From Trichoplax adhaerens (Eukaryota; Animalia; Placozoa): a DNA stretch of 64,000 nt. Location: assembly GCF_000150275.1 (NCBI RefSeq), contig NW_002060946.1, positions 1,626,722 through 1,690,721 of the forward strand. The letters are read 5' to 3'. The first letter of the stretch is position 1. The number at the start of each line of letters is the position of its first letter. Shown here one piece after another: positions 63,411-64,000 of the stretch. The position numbers and the translations under genes were made by a program. Below the pieces are notes generated by a model. The model was not told the origin of the DNA. It searched no databases and saw nothing but the letters and a program-made list of their open reading frames with translations.

Positions 63411-64000
63411 TATTCCTGCTCCTCCGGTTCTCGGATTTTGGTCTCAGCAGATCCAAGATAAACCGCGCTTGTTAATTTTGGATTAATAGTCAACAAATGA
63501 AATTTCTTAATCGCTTTCTTATCAAGGATTGCGTCGTACGTTAATGTGCCAACAACCGCTACTCGTATACATTTCCTTTTGCTTCGTATTTGAAGGCCGA
63601 TATAAGTTGTTGGCGCTACCAATGTGTTTTTCATAAATCCAGAAATGCGTACTTGATCGACATAATTGATCTTCACACCTGCGATAAATCTCTGTTTTAC
63701 CAATGTAAGACCAGCGCCCGTATCAATCAGAGCTTTCGCTGGTTGACCATCGATGTTTTTTGTTAAGTGTATTTCTTTTCCGGTGACTCACTGCTCCGGG
63801 CCAGGTGTTGTACTTCAATCATATTGTTCCCTGATGTCCGTGACTAGGTACCATATCTTCTCGGACAGTGATGCGCCATATGATCAGATGACCCACAGAC
63901 ATAACATCGGGCCTTCGAAGGTTGTTGGAGCGAAATTGTTCTTGTCTGTTCTTTGGCGTTGATTGCTTCTTGCTTCTGGAAGTAGCACTGTAGCTCTTAT
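63410..64000 (-). mobile_element. Ty3/Gypsy-type LTR retrotransposon remnant: gag zinc knuckle plus aspartic protease, running off the window edge
   Basis: CYVCGSSDHMAHHC (CX2CX4HX4C) at 63906-63865 and a stop at 63846-63844. A shifted frame then reads NIDGQPAKALIDTGAGLTLV (DTG at 63724-63716) through ..YDAIL. No RT follows. Confidence 0.85.

Noticed and set aside
63760-63850. Programmed readthrough or -1 frameshift between gag and protease
   Set aside because: It would need both a stop readthrough and a frameshift, and there is no canonical X XXY YYZ heptamer in the overlap. Decay is the simpler explanation.

Overview
AT-rich, intron-dense eukaryotic (animal) genomic DNA with three 50-N scaffold gaps. 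Short introns, the gene set and ACAGT-rich patches suggest a placozoan (Trichoplax-like) genome; this is an inference. Intact multi-exon genes, all spliced by hand: FoxP transcription factor (-, 556-4230); two tandem RAD54L2/ARIP4-type SNF2 ATPase copies (+, about 16.7-23.9 kb and 28.2-34.7 kb); an acidic repeat-containing CaaX-tailed protein (-, 35.3-37 kb); class III eIF4E (-, 46.3-49.7 kb); and HemK/PrmC release-factor methyltransferase HEMK1 (+, 53.0-57.9 kb). A Gypsy-type gag-knuckle/protease remnant runs off the right edge. The spaces between genes hold many 60-260 bp tandem arrays, two MITE-like inverted-repeat elements and decayed genes: importin-beta-N-like relics upstream of FoxP and a GPCR-like relic inside intron 1 of both helicase copies. 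The strongest observation is the helicase pair. Its ATPase core, introns included, is nearly identical between copies, while the N- and C-terminal exons are clearly diverged, and each copy has a different suspicious lesion. I see no CRISPR, rRNA or tRNA, and I cannot support a wholly new biological system from sequence alone. Reference-protein comparisons are from memory, not database searches, and exon coordinates may be off by a few bases.
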